In this document: positions 23,358-31,604 of the stretch, one piece after another
How the letters are laid out: each line of letters starts with the position of its first letter
Position numbering within the stretch: position 1 is the stretch's first letter
Virus record (IMG/VR): IMGVR_UViG_3300045968_000324
Coordinates: 1 to 31,741 of that record
DNA length: 31,741 nt
Direction: 5' to 3' (one strand)
Origin: a virus
Lineage: Duplodnaviria > Caudoviricetes
Notes under the pieces: model-generated
The model's input: the letters and a program-made list of their open reading frames with translations, nothing else
Databases searched by the model: none
Told to the model about the DNA's origin: nothing
Position numbers and translations under genes: made by a program

Positions 23358-23539
23358 GAGGAACCTCCTTCGTGGTGACCGGCCCCTCTGACAGGGCCGG
23401 GTTAAACGCGGCAGCTGATGCCCACCGGGGTCTCAGGGCGGGGTCGCTATCCCGGCTTCACGTTCAGAACCCCGGCGCCCCCAAGGAGGAGAAAGGCGCC
23501 GGAGTACCCCACCGAGCGGCGTCAGCCGCCGCGCGTCGT
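23358..23539 (-). ncRNA. Putative structured cis-regulatory RNA between tail tube and chaperone genes
   Basis: 15-bp closing stem 23518-23532/23408-23422, inner hairpin 23495-23502/23472-23479, hairpin 23394-23400/23379-23385. Confidence 0.6.
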
Positions 23540-23959
23540 TTAATCGCTGAACGCCGGCAGCTCAAGCACGCGCAGCGTGACCTGGGCGCGCCGCGGCCCG
23601 TCCGTCGGGCGGCTCCGCGCGTAGGTCTTCACCGCGCACCGATACGTCGCGAACTCGCCGCTGGTCTCGACCACGCGGTAGTTGCGCTTCGTGAGCGTGA
23701 AGGCGTCGTTCCGGAGCTGCTTGTGCAGCGCGTTGGCGGGGATCTCCGAGATTGGAAAGCTGAGGGCCCCCGAGTTCACCAGGCCGAGCAGGGTCTCCGT
23801 GTGGATGCCGTCCGTGCTGTGGCTGGTGACGTCGTGCTCGGTCTTGTCGGGGCTCGGCCCCTCGATGGCGCCGACCTCGGGGATGGTGACGTAGGCGCCG
23901 GAGCCCTCCGAGGTCTCCACCTGCATCAGCGTGCCTTTGGCGTGTACGGCCTGGCTCAT
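23540..23959 (-). CDS. Major tail tube protein
   Basis: GAGGAG SD; AKGTLMQV...IEGPSPDKTEHDVTSH...GLVNSGALSF pattern of lambda/HK97-type tubes. Confidence 0.9.
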   Translation of the reverse strand: MSQAVHAKGTLMQVETSEGSGAYVTIPEVGAIEGPSPDKTEHDVTSHSTDGIHTETLLGLVNSGALSFPISEIPANALHKQLRNDAFTLTKRNYRVVETSGEFATYRCAVKTYARSRPTDGPRRAQVTLRVLELPAFSD

Positions 23960-23983
23960 GGAGTTCTCCTCTCCCCGCTCGGG

Positions 23984-24496
23984 CTACGCGCTGGAGCCGC
24001 CGAGGTAGATGTCGTAGGTCACGCCGGTGACGCCCGCCGTGTTGAGCACGTTGATGAGGTCGCCGGTCGTGGGCGTGACCGTGATGCCGACCAGGTCGAA
24101 CCAGCCGAACCCGCTCTGGGGGCCGATGTCGACGCCGGCGCTGGCGGCCGAGATCCAGGGCACGCCATTGGTGGCCCCGCGGCCCACGCGGATCCTGTTG
24201 CCGCCGAGCGCCGTCGTGTTGAACACGTAGAGCGCCTTGAGCTTCGCGAAGACGACGGCGACGCCGAAGGCGTCCAGCAGGGCCCCCGCCAGGTCGTGAT
24301 CCTCGTTGGCGCTCGCCGCGAGCGCTCGTGACAGGCTCGTCCACTTGAGGTCGGCGAGGCCCACACCGGTGCCCGGAGCGACGGTCCACTGCAGCAACCT
24401 CGGGCCCACCTGCGACTTCACCACCTCGGCGCCGATCTGCCGGCTGTCCAGAATGTCGACGCCCAGCGAGAGGGTCCCCGTGAGTGATCCTGGCAT
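23984..24496 (-). CDS. Conserved-looking phage structural protein between tail terminator and tube
   Basis: AAGGAG SD; GTGVGLAD..W...LAASANEDHDLAGALLDAFG...FAKLKAL. Confidence 0.8.
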   Translation of the reverse strand: MPGSLTGTLSLGVDILDSRQIGAEVVKSQVGPRLLQWTVAPGTGVGLADLKWTSLSRALAASANEDHDLAGALLDAFGVAVVFAKLKALYVFNTTALGGNRIRVGRGATNGVPWISAASAGVDIGPQSGFGWFDLVGITVTPTTGDLINVLNTAGVTGVTYDIYLGGSSA

Positions 24497-24522
24497 GGCT
24501 CAGTTCTCCTTATCCGCGTCCT

Positions 24523-24993
24523 TTACGTGTGCGCGACCCAGTGCTGGCGAAAGACGCCGTAGGGCTCTTTCGCGCCGTCGTCGGTATCCATCGGACCGTC
24601 GGGCGTGAGGAGCATCTTCGCGAGACCGGCGAGCGTGCGGTCGAGCAGGAGGCACTTCGTCGCGTCCTGCCACAGCCGGTTCAGCAGATCGTTGACGGGG
24701 TCGTCCTCGATCCCGCTGTAGACGTAGCCCCAGAGCGCGAAGCGGTGCGCGTGGCTCTCGCTCGTCTGCGAGTAGTCGGGATCGAAGGTGCTCCCCGAGC
24801 CGCGCATCACGCCGAGGATCGGCCCCTCGCGCAGCAGCGCCTGATACTTGAAGTGCTCCAGGTCGAGCATCTCGCGCGTGAGGCGCTCCGGCGTGATCGT
24901 GAAGAAGTAGTCCGGGCCCTCGACGATCGTCACCAGGCGCGCGGCCACGGCGCGCTCGATCTGCTCGCGGATCGGCGGGGCGGCCGGCGGCAT
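24523..24993 (-). CDS. Tail terminator (lambda gpU-like)
   Basis: IREQIERAVAARL N-terminus, DRTLAGLA motif, synteny. Confidence 0.75.
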   Translation of the reverse strand: MPPAAPPIREQIERAVAARLVTIVEGPDYFFTITPERLTREMLDLEHFKYQALLREGPILGVMRGSGSTFDPDYSQTSESHAHRFALWGYVYSGIEDDPVNDLLNRLWQDATKCLLLDRTLAGLAKMLLTPDGPMDTDDGAKEPYGVFRQHWVAHT

Positions 24994-24997
24994 CGCG

Positions 24998-25591
24998 CTA
25001 CGCGGCCTCGCGCCCGGCGCGCTGGCTCAGGATGAAGTTGATCTCGTGCACCAGGCGCGAGCGGAACTGCTCGCGCGCGGTCGCCACGTTCTCGTCGACG
25101 AGCTTGGCGTTGAACACGCGGAGCGGCGACGGCCCGAACCGCTCGTCGATCGGCAGACGTCCGACGAGTCCGGTCGGCCCGGCGCCGCGGCGGCGTCCGA
25201 CCACGGCCTTGTGCCCGCTGCGCATCGTGGCGAGGAACGCCCGCGGCGCGAACAGCGAGCCCGCCTGGACGCCGGCCAGGAGCTGGTACGGCCGGAAGTC
25301 CTGCATCGGGATCCGGCCCAGCACGTGCGGCGGCTTGCCGTCCGTGCGCCGATACGGCCCGATCGCCAGGGTGCCCTCGAGCGTTCTCGGGCTCGCCTTC
25401 GTGATGTGGAGTGAGCGGTCGACGGCCCGCTTCGTGATACCGCCGCCGAGATCCGCGACGATGGCCGCCGACGCGCGCGTCTTCGCGCCCTCGAGCGTCC
25501 GGTTGATCGCCCGCATCTGGGCGATGGGCAGATCCTTGCCGATGGCCAGCAGGTTGGCCGCCATCCGCTCGGTGCCCTCGACGGTGATCAC
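24998..25591 (-). CDS. Tail completion protein (lambda gpZ-like)
   Basis: RAINRT...AFLATMRSGH..V..R...RLPIDERFGPS is characteristic of minor tail Z. Confidence 0.85.
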   Translation of the reverse strand: MITVEGTERMAANLLAIGKDLPIAQMRAINRTLEGAKTRASAAIVADLGGGITKRAVDRSLHITKASPRTLEGTLAIGPYRRTDGKPPHVLGRIPMQDFRPYQLLAGVQAGSLFAPRAFLATMRSGHKAVVGRRRGAGPTGLVGRLPIDERFGPSPLRVFNAKLVDENVATAREQFRSRLVHEINFILSQRAGREAA

Positions 25592-25595
25592 GTCA

Positions 25596-25916
25596 TCACA
25601 CCACGAGGCAGGTGATGTACTCGGGGTCGAGGTCCACGGTGCGGATCACACGCCACGCCTTCGGGCTCTGGCCCTCCACGCGCGCCGCGGTGATCGTGGT
25701 GTCGACGGGCACCTCGTCGCCGATCACGTCGCGGCGGAGATCGAAGTGGGGCGAATTGAGAATGAACGTATCGCCCTCGCGGTCGAGGGTCTGCTGCCCG
25801 AGACGTCCGTCGGGAATGACGGGCATGAGGACGGGGGCGTGCCCCGGGACGATCACAGTCGCCTCGGTCGCGAAGACGGTATCGAAGACTCCAAGGTCGG
25901 GGTGGGCGTTGAGCAT
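25596..25916 (-). CDS. Head-tail joining protein (gpFII-like)
   Basis: Size, beta-rich composition and position between cement and gpZ. Confidence 0.7.
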   Translation of the reverse strand: MLNAHPDLGVFDTVFATEATVIVPGHAPVLMPVIPDGRLGQQTLDREGDTFILNSPHFDLRRDVIGDEVPVDTTITAARVEGQSPKAWRVIRTVDLDPEYITCLVV

Positions 25917-25919
25917 CGT

Positions 25920-26267
25920 TTACGCGAGAGCCGCTCCGAGACCGGAGCCGTAGAGAAAGACCAGGCCGGTCGCCGTCGGGTTGGCCGCCGCCCGATAGGC
26001 GTAGCCAGCTTTGAAGTTTCCCGTGGTGACCGTCGTGAACCGCTTGTTCGTGTCGTCCCAGTTGACCTGCTGGCCTTCGGTCCACGCCTGAGCCGACAAC
26101 TTCGCGTGCTCGACCACGCCCCGGACGACCCCAGTGAACTGGGCGCCCGAGAGGACGGTGGTGGTCGGAATGACCAGCTGGTCGCCAATCTTCACGCCGA
26201 TGCCGGCCGTCACGTTGGCGGGCGCCGTGTGAGTGGGGTTGTCAGCGTCCTGGGAAAATGTCTTCAT
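25920..26267 (-). CDS. Capsid cement/decoration protein (DUF2190-like)
   Basis: AAGGAG SD; MKTFSQD...GV..G...GVVEHAK...AWTEGQQVNWD...TT...GN..AG pattern. Confidence 0.88.
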   Translation of the reverse strand: MKTFSQDADNPTHTAPANVTAGIGVKIGDQLVIPTTTVLSGAQFTGVVRGVVEHAKLSAQAWTEGQQVNWDDTNKRFTTVTTGNFKAGYAYRAAANPTATGLVFLYGSGLGAALA

Positions 26268-26288
26268 GCCAGTCTCCTTGGGCTGCGC

Positions 26289-28316
26289 CTACGCGCCGAC
26301 GTTCTTGTACGCGGCGCGCCAGTCGGCGGCCTTGAAGGCCACATCGATCCGGCACCGGAACTTCATGCCGTCGACGTCGAAGCCCTCCATCTGCGTGACG
26401 AGAGGGCCTTCCTGCCCGTCGAGGACCCCGTGATAGAGCAGTGGCGCCTGCGAGACGTTGGTCGCCATGTACCAGGCCGTGGCACTGTTGACGTCGAGCC
26501 GCGGCTCGACGATCGTGGTGAGCGGAGTGCGGCCGGCAGCCGCGAAGGGATTCACGCTACCCGACACCGCCGGAGTGATCTGGGTCACGAACTGATCCGC
26601 GATCGTTTCGAGCGCCGCCGGCACGATCAGATAGCTCGGCGAGAGATTGAGCGGGGTCACGGCATCGATGCCCTTTTGATTCCGCAACGCGGCCCGGCCG
26701 ACACCGAGCGAGGCCACCGAGATCACCGTCCCGGACGAGGTCAGATTGAAGTGGCTCCCCGCGTGGAACAGCGCCACGCCGTCGCCCATCGTCGGGTTGG
26801 TCGTGATCTGAGCCCAGGCGAGATCCGATTCGATGTCGCGCGCCTTGCGGCCGAACGCGGCCGGCACTTCACCGAAGGCGTTCAGGTCGTCGTTGATGAG
26901 GGCTTGGCGGGTGATCCCGAACATGCGGCCGTAGGTCTTGAGCTGAATCGTCTCTTTCGCCTCGCCGATCGTGCCGAACGTGTATTCGCCGTGCTCGAGG
27001 ATCTCGAGCAGGGCGGGAGCATCTCCGACCTGGAGCTGACGAGACGGCTTGAAGTCCGTCAGCGTGACGAGCCTGGAGATGGTCAACCACGTCTGCGGTG
27101 CCGCCTCGTAGGCCGCCCGGAGGTTCTTGTTCGCCGCGTCCTCGAAGAGGCCCGGGAAATCCGTGGTGGTGTGGAGGCCTGCCGCCCGCACCATCAGGGC
27201 ATCGACGAGCCTGGAGCGATCGAGGCTGCTCGTGCGCACTCCGCGGGCGTTGAGGAACGCTCGGCCGACATCCAGCAGACTCATGCCGCGGTAGTGGCGA
27301 CTCCTGTCGTCGAGGGGAAACCGATGGGGGGCCACGCGGTGCAGCAGCGCGCCCTCGATGCCCGCGCGGACGTGGATGAACGGGTCGTCCCCGACAATGA
27401 TCTCGCTGGCTCCACTGGGCGAGCGAGGGCCACGGTCATCCCCGCCCCGCTTCCGCAGTTCGTCGAGCACCAGGCCCTGCGCCTTGACCAGAGACATGCT
27501 CCGATCACGGATCAGCTTGTCCTCGAAGGATCGTGGCATCTTCGCGGCCAGACAGGCACTCCGAATGCCCTCGCAGCGTTCGTTCTCCGCAGCGGCACCC
27601 TCATCGCGCTCGTTCGGCTCCGGCGGATCGACTGATGTCGCGGCTGGAGCACTGAGAAGCGGCGACGCCGGCATCATCATCGGGTTGTCTGCCGCGATGG
27701 TTTCCGACCGATCCTCTGCCATGTTCAGCTCCTGTCGACGCACGATCACGCACGCGTGCTTCGTCGCGGTGTCGGCGGCTTTGATTTTGGCGCCGGGATC
27801 GGCACCGATCGGGACCGCGGAGATCTCGAAGGGCTCCCAGTCCGTCGCGTGCCGCTTCATGGGAGTGGTACCGGTGGCCTCGGTCTGTTCGAACTTGTAG
27901 AAGTTCGCGCCGACGCTCACGTTCCGGATGATCCGGTCCTTGATGTCCTGCCAGATCGGCTCGACCTCGGCGCGCTTTGAAAAGCGCACGGTCGCGACGG
28001 CTTGGCCCTTCTCGATGCGCGCGCTTTCGACGGCGCCGAGGACGGCGCTCAGCTCGGAGGCGTGGTGCGCGTCGAGGAACGGCGCCCCGTTCCTCAGCCG
28101 ATCCAGACGGACATCGGACGGCTTGAGGGAGAACGTGAGCAGGTAGGGCTCGCCGCGGTCCCAGTCGTACATGCGGATCGGCGCCCCGGTATAGAAGATG
28201 ACCTCAGCGGTGCGCGCCTCGACGTTGATGCTCGAGGGCGCGATCGCGGCGACGATGTTGAGCGGACCTTGTTCGATCGTCTGGGCGCGGTCGGCTGCGG
28301 CGACCGTGGTGGTCAT
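26289..28316 (-). CDS. Prohead protease-major capsid fusion protein
   Basis: N-terminal APFLDAH...IIRNVSVG...DWEPFEISAVPIGAD protease; C-terminal HTTTDFP...TYGRMFGITRQALINDDL...DWRAAYKN capsid. Confidence 0.95.
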   Translation of the reverse strand: MTTTVAAADRAQTIEQGPLNIVAAIAPSSINVEARTAEVIFYTGAPIRMYDWDRGEPYLLTFSLKPSDVRLDRLRNGAPFLDAHHASELSAVLGAVESARIEKGQAVATVRFSKRAEVEPIWQDIKDRIIRNVSVGANFYKFEQTEATGTTPMKRHATDWEPFEISAVPIGADPGAKIKAADTATKHACVIVRRQELNMAEDRSETIAADNPMMMPASPLLSAPAATSVDPPEPNERDEGAAAENERCEGIRSACLAAKMPRSFEDKLIRDRSMSLVKAQGLVLDELRKRGGDDRGPRSPSGASEIIVGDDPFIHVRAGIEGALLHRVAPHRFPLDDRSRHYRGMSLLDVGRAFLNARGVRTSSLDRSRLVDALMVRAAGLHTTTDFPGLFEDAANKNLRAAYEAAPQTWLTISRLVTLTDFKPSRQLQVGDAPALLEILEHGEYTFGTIGEAKETIQLKTYGRMFGITRQALINDDLNAFGEVPAAFGRKARDIESDLAWAQITTNPTMGDGVALFHAGSHFNLTSSGTVISVASLGVGRAALRNQKGIDAVTPLNLSPSYLIVPAALETIADQFVTQITPAVSGSVNPFAAAGRTPLTTIVEPRLDVNSATAWYMATNVSQAPLLYHGVLDGQEGPLVTQMEGFDVDGMKFRCRIDVAFKAADWRAAYKNVGA

Positions 28317-28321
28317 GGGCG

Positions 28322-28346
28322 CAGGGTGACGCCGGGAACAGGGTGA
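28322..28346 (-). repeat. Direct repeat TCACCCTG x2 in the 33-bp leader of the capsid gene
   Basis: cagggtga at 28322-28329 and 28339-28346 (17-bp period); no SD before ATG 28316. Confidence 0.7.
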
Positions 28347-28349
28347 GGG

Positions 28350-28949
28350 CTAGCTACATTCTGCGATACCTATCGGACCCCGGAGACTGCTTAACTCCGC
28401 TCTCCACTCCTCGGCCGACATGACCCCCTTACCCCGGTTGCAAGAGACGCATGCCGTGGTGAGATTGTCCGCCGTAGTCGTCCCGCCGCAGCTCCGAGCG
28501 ATGACGTGATCGACGTGAAGCGCGACGTCCGGACTCGCGGCTCCACAATACTGGCAGGTGAAGTGATCTCTCTGGAGCACGAAGAAGCGGAGTTTCGGCT
28601 CGACGAAGGGCTTCCGGTCCACAGGATAGATCGACTGCCGCTGGCGACGCTCCGAGTAGGGCATCTCCCCAATGCGTATCCGGCTCACCGGATGAAGTGG
28701 GAGAACGGGTGATCCCGTTGAGCGAAGCCAGCCTTTTCGCCAGAGAGCGTCGACGTGAGTCTGGCAGCCTCGCGGCGAGAGGTTGAGGCGCTTGGCGATG
28801 TAGGCCCTGGTACACCCCTCCCCCAGCTTCGCCAGATAGTCCGCGGCGAGCGTGTAGACCTCAGCCTGTCGAGCGGTGAGGACTCTGGGGTTGTCGATCG
28901 GTGGAGGGGATTCCGGCGCCCTCGGTTCTGGCCAGATCACCGAGAACAC
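28350..28949 (-). CDS. LexA-type winged-helix domain fused to HNH endonuclease
   Basis: LTARQAEVY...YIAKRLNLS...HVDALWRKGWL (LexA DNA-binding pattern) plus RFFVLQRDHFTCQYCG...HVDHVIARSCGG...NLTTACVSCNRGKG. Confidence 0.88.
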   Translation of the reverse strand: MFSVIWPEPRAPESPPPIDNPRVLTARQAEVYTLAADYLAKLGEGCTRAYIAKRLNLSPRGCQTHVDALWRKGWLRSTGSPVLPLHPVSRIRIGEMPYSERRQRQSIYPVDRKPFVEPKLRFFVLQRDHFTCQYCGAASPDVALHVDHVIARSCGGTTTADNLTTACVSCNRGKGVMSAEEWRAELSSLRGPIGIAECS

Positions 28950-29248
28950 TCGGCGACCGCGTCACGGCCCGCATTGAATGCCCTCAGATCATGTTGATCG
29001 CGCACGCCAGGACGTACGGCTCCGGGATCTTCTCCGGCCTCCATCGCGAGGATGGCCGCGCGCTGACCGCGGGTCCAGCAATCGCGGCAAGGCGACGAGG
29101 AGGGCGGCTGCAGCGCGCGCGCCGCGGCGAGGCGCTGGGCGGGTGTGGGCGGCGCCGGCAGTGGGGTCTCTGGCGCCCTGTGTCCGTTGCGCTTCGACTT
29201 GTCGTCCTGGTCCGCGACGTCGGCCCTCACGTCGAGCTTGGTAATCAA
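28937..29248 (-). CDS. Hypothetical protein
   Basis: TTG start in a TTGA overlap with the portal stop, GGAGG upstream; fills the gap; CxxC motif. Confidence 0.55.
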   Translation of the reverse strand: MITKLDVRADVADQDDKSKRNGHRAPETPLPAPPTPAQRLAAARALQPPSSSPCRDCWTRGQRAAILAMEAGEDPGAVRPGVRDQHDLRAFNAGRDAVAECSR

Positions 29249-30831
29249 TGCCCTCCTCCGTTGCTGGCGCCGTTGCTGGCCGCGTCCGTGATGTCGCGCC
29301 GGAGTTCATCGAGGAGTCTCGCGACGGCCTGCGGCGGGCTCGACCCAGCCGCGGCGCCCTGGAGCTGCCCGCCCTGCGTCATCTTGCGTCCGTCCCCGTC
29401 AAAAATGACACCCGCCTTGTCGAAGGCCCCGTTCCACCGCGCGATCTCGTCAAGCTGTTCATCGGGGTCATAGCCGAGCTCGCGCACCATTTCGGGCCAC
29501 GTGATCGCGCCGAGGCGCAGGAGCCGCATGTAGGCGATGGCCTCGACGCCAGGATCCAGCAGCGCGGGCGGCGGCGGGGTCCACTCCACTGCGGGGGTCT
29601 CGGTGAGCGCGGCCCCGATGACGGCGGCCTGCATCGCCCAGCGCCAGACGGGGTCGCAGAATTGCGGGATGAGGAGACCCCAGCGCCAGCCGTGGACGTT
29701 CTCCCAGTGCCGGATCCGCGACATGCGGGCGGCGGAGTACGGGAGACCCGTGTAGTCGCCGACCAGGTCCTCGTAGGCGACGCCGAGGCCGGTGGCGATC
29801 TCGCTGAGGACGGTCTTCGCATAGGCGGCGTGTTCGTTGATGGCCGGCGGGTCGACGACGGTGATGCTCCGGCCGGGCGGGGCGTTGTGGATCAGACCCG
29901 GCTCGAGGCGGTCCCACTGCATCTCGCCGGCGCCTTGGGCGACCGCGATGCCCAGCGGCGTCGCATCCCCGCTGATATCCGACGTGATGACCGCCAGGCA
30001 CGCGGCGATCTTCTGCTTCATCAACGCCGCGTCGAGGTACTCGTCGAAGTCCTTCATCCGCAGCGCCACGCCCGCGAACCACGAGGGCGCGCGCACCTGA
30101 CCCGGACGACCGGGTCGATAGACGTGCAGGATCTCGCTGGCCGGGATGCGATCCGACGTGAGCGAGAGCGACGGCGGGTGCGAGGAGCCTGGGTGATCGC
30201 GGAACATCCAGTAGGCGATGCGGCGGCCGATCCGATCGAACTCAATGCCCTGGATAATCGACCTGTCGGCGCCGCCATCCGACGAGGCGAAGCCAGCCGC
30301 GGTGGCATTGTCCTTCGTGGAGTCGAGATAGTCAGGCTCAAGGACCTGCAACTGGAGGGGGATCGGGAGATTGTCTTCGGGCCGGCGAAGGCGGCGGCGC
30401 ACGAGACACTCACCCGATTCGACCACGGTCCGCATGACCGTCTTCTGCAGGCCCGCGAAGTCCTGTCGGCCGTCGGCATCACACGCCGTCGTTCCGGCCC
30501 ACGCTTTCCAGAGCTCGGCCGCCTGCTTGTGCTTCGTCGAGGCGGCGATGCCCCAGCCGCCGCAGGTGTGGTTGACGATCGTGGAGAGCGCGGACTCGGC
30601 GAAGGCGTTGTTCCGAATCAACTCACGCGCATCGCTTCTGAGCGTCGCGAGCGCGCCTCGCAATTCGGCATTGGCGTCCGTCGACGGACGTTTCCAGCCT
30701 GCGGTGCGACGACCATACGAGGCGGCATCGTACCCGGCGAGCGCGTCGAGGGCGATGCGGGCGCGCACGCGCCGAGCCGTCCACCGCGGGGCGAACGGGG
30801 CGGTGAGCTTATCGATCCAGGCGACCATCAT
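29245..30831 (-). CDS. Portal protein, lambda family (528 aa)
   Basis: YDAASYGRRT..W...LR..AR.L.RNN...LQLQVLEPDYL...GIEFD..GRRIAYW...RPGQVR...YSAARMS; ATGA overlap with gpW stop. Confidence 0.96.
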   Translation of the reverse strand: MMVAWIDKLTAPFAPRWTARRVRARIALDALAGYDAASYGRRTAGWKRPSTDANAELRGALATLRSDARELIRNNAFAESALSTIVNHTCGGWGIAASTKHKQAAELWKAWAGTTACDADGRQDFAGLQKTVMRTVVESGECLVRRRLRRPEDNLPIPLQLQVLEPDYLDSTKDNATAAGFASSDGGADRSIIQGIEFDRIGRRIAYWMFRDHPGSSHPPSLSLTSDRIPASEILHVYRPGRPGQVRAPSWFAGVALRMKDFDEYLDAALMKQKIAACLAVITSDISGDATPLGIAVAQGAGEMQWDRLEPGLIHNAPPGRSITVVDPPAINEHAAYAKTVLSEIATGLGVAYEDLVGDYTGLPYSAARMSRIRHWENVHGWRWGLLIPQFCDPVWRWAMQAAVIGAALTETPAVEWTPPPPALLDPGVEAIAYMRLLRLGAITWPEMVRELGYDPDEQLDEIARWNGAFDKAGVIFDGDGRKMTQGGQLQGAAAGSSPPQAVARLLDELRRDITDAASNGASNGGGH

Positions 30832-31034
30832 GTGCCCTTGCTGGTCGCCGCCAGCCGCGAGCTGGCACCGCCGGCCGAGATGTTGATCTCGGCGATCATC
30901 AGCGCGCGGAGCTTGAGGAGATCCGGCAGGTCTTGGCGCGTCACGGAACGGCCGTTGAACGTGACGGCCTTGCCCTGCGTGACGGCGAGGATTGTCGCTT
31001 CGAGCTCTGCGAGGTGGGTGGCGGTGAAGGCCAT
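30828..31034 (-). CDS. Head completion protein (lambda gpW-like)
   Basis: MAFTATHLAELE...GKAVTFNGRSVTRQDL..L...I.AEI; directly before the portal. Confidence 0.9.
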   Translation of the reverse strand: MAFTATHLAELEATILAVTQGKAVTFNGRSVTRQDLPDLLKLRALMIAEINISAGGASSRLAATSKGT

Positions 31035-31163
31035 CAGGCGCCGGCGCGAGACCTGGAGCGGCGAGTGGCGTTGGCCACGTCGACTCCATCGGCACCAACG
31101 CCGCGTTGCGGGGCGTCTGGGGTTGCCAGGGTTGCCCCTAGGTTGGCTGATTTTACTACGAGA
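31035..31163 (-). promoter_or_regulatory. Repeat- and hairpin-containing leader of the gpW-portal operon
   Basis: TAAAAT -10-like box 31155-31150; GCCAACC, GGCAACCC x2 (31136-31129, 31127-31120), GCAACG; hairpin ggcgttgg/ccaacgcc 31067-31102. Confidence 0.55.
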
Positions 31164-31322
31164 TCACTCGATTCGCCCCTGGCATGTGCAGGCAGTCACG
31201 ATCCCCTGCTTCGAGACCTTGAGCACGATCTCCGCGCCGCCCGGCCAGTTCTCCGGCACGGCTTCGAGGAACTCTCGGATTCGCCGCCAGATATGCGGCG
31301 GGATCGGCTGCTGCTCAGGCAT
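31164..31322 (-). CDS. Small 52-aa protein (YezD/DUF2292-like pattern; not in ORF track)
   Basis: GGAGGA SD; hand translation MPEQQPIPPHIWRRIREFLEAVPENWPGGAEIVLKVSKQGIVTACTCQGRIE (helix plus beta-hairpin). Confidence 0.65.
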   Translation of the reverse strand: MPEQQPIPPHIWRRIREFLEAVPENWPGGAEIVLKVSKQGIVTACTCQGRIE

Positions 31323-31346
31323 GTGGTCCTCCATGGATCGATCCGG

Positions 31347-31604
31347 TCACCGGCTCCTCCGCAACCACCCGCGCGTGTTCGGAATCCACTTCCGAGACTG
31401 CTCCACGCGCTTCAGGCTCCCGTCGGGATTCTTGCGGTCGTCGCGCATGAACGGGTCGCCGCTCGGTGGTGAAGCGCTTGGGGTTGGCTTCGGTGTCTTC
31501 GGCTTCGCTCCAGCCAGACACCGCTTGCAGACGTAGGGCGACGGCACCGGCGGGTCGGCGTAGCGATCCGCGCCGCACTTCGAGCACTGCGTCTTGATCT
31601 TCAT
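31347..31604 (-). CDS. Small Zn-ribbon protein with Pro/Lys-rich linker
   Basis: ATGA overlap with the terminase stop; CSKC...CKRC; ends KWIPNTRGWLRRSR. Confidence 0.7.
   Translation of the reverse strand: MKIKTQCSKCGADRYADPPVPSPYVCKRCLAGAKPKTPKPTPSASPPSGDPFMRDDRKNPDGSLKRVEQSRKWIPNTRGWLRRSR

Noticed and set aside
23358-23539. Intergenic structure as tRNA, self-cleaving ribozyme or intrinsic terminator
   Set aside because: No cloverleaf/T-loop, no hammerhead or twister core recognised, and no U-tract after the hairpins; kept only as an unclassified structured RNA
26289-28316. Mu-like transposable phage, suggested by the gpT-like capsid domain and Com-like ORF
   Set aside because: GpA terminase, gpW and lambda-type portal indicate lambda-like packaging; no transposase or mom gene in the window
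7189-31536. Very long plus-strand ORFs (e.g. 7189..8928, 10737..14315, 17691..19661, 19319..21574, 25032..27635, 29248..31536)
   Set aside because: Antisense shadows of real minus-strand genes; Arg/Ala/Ser-rich translations with no motifs, expected in high-GC DNA with few stop codons
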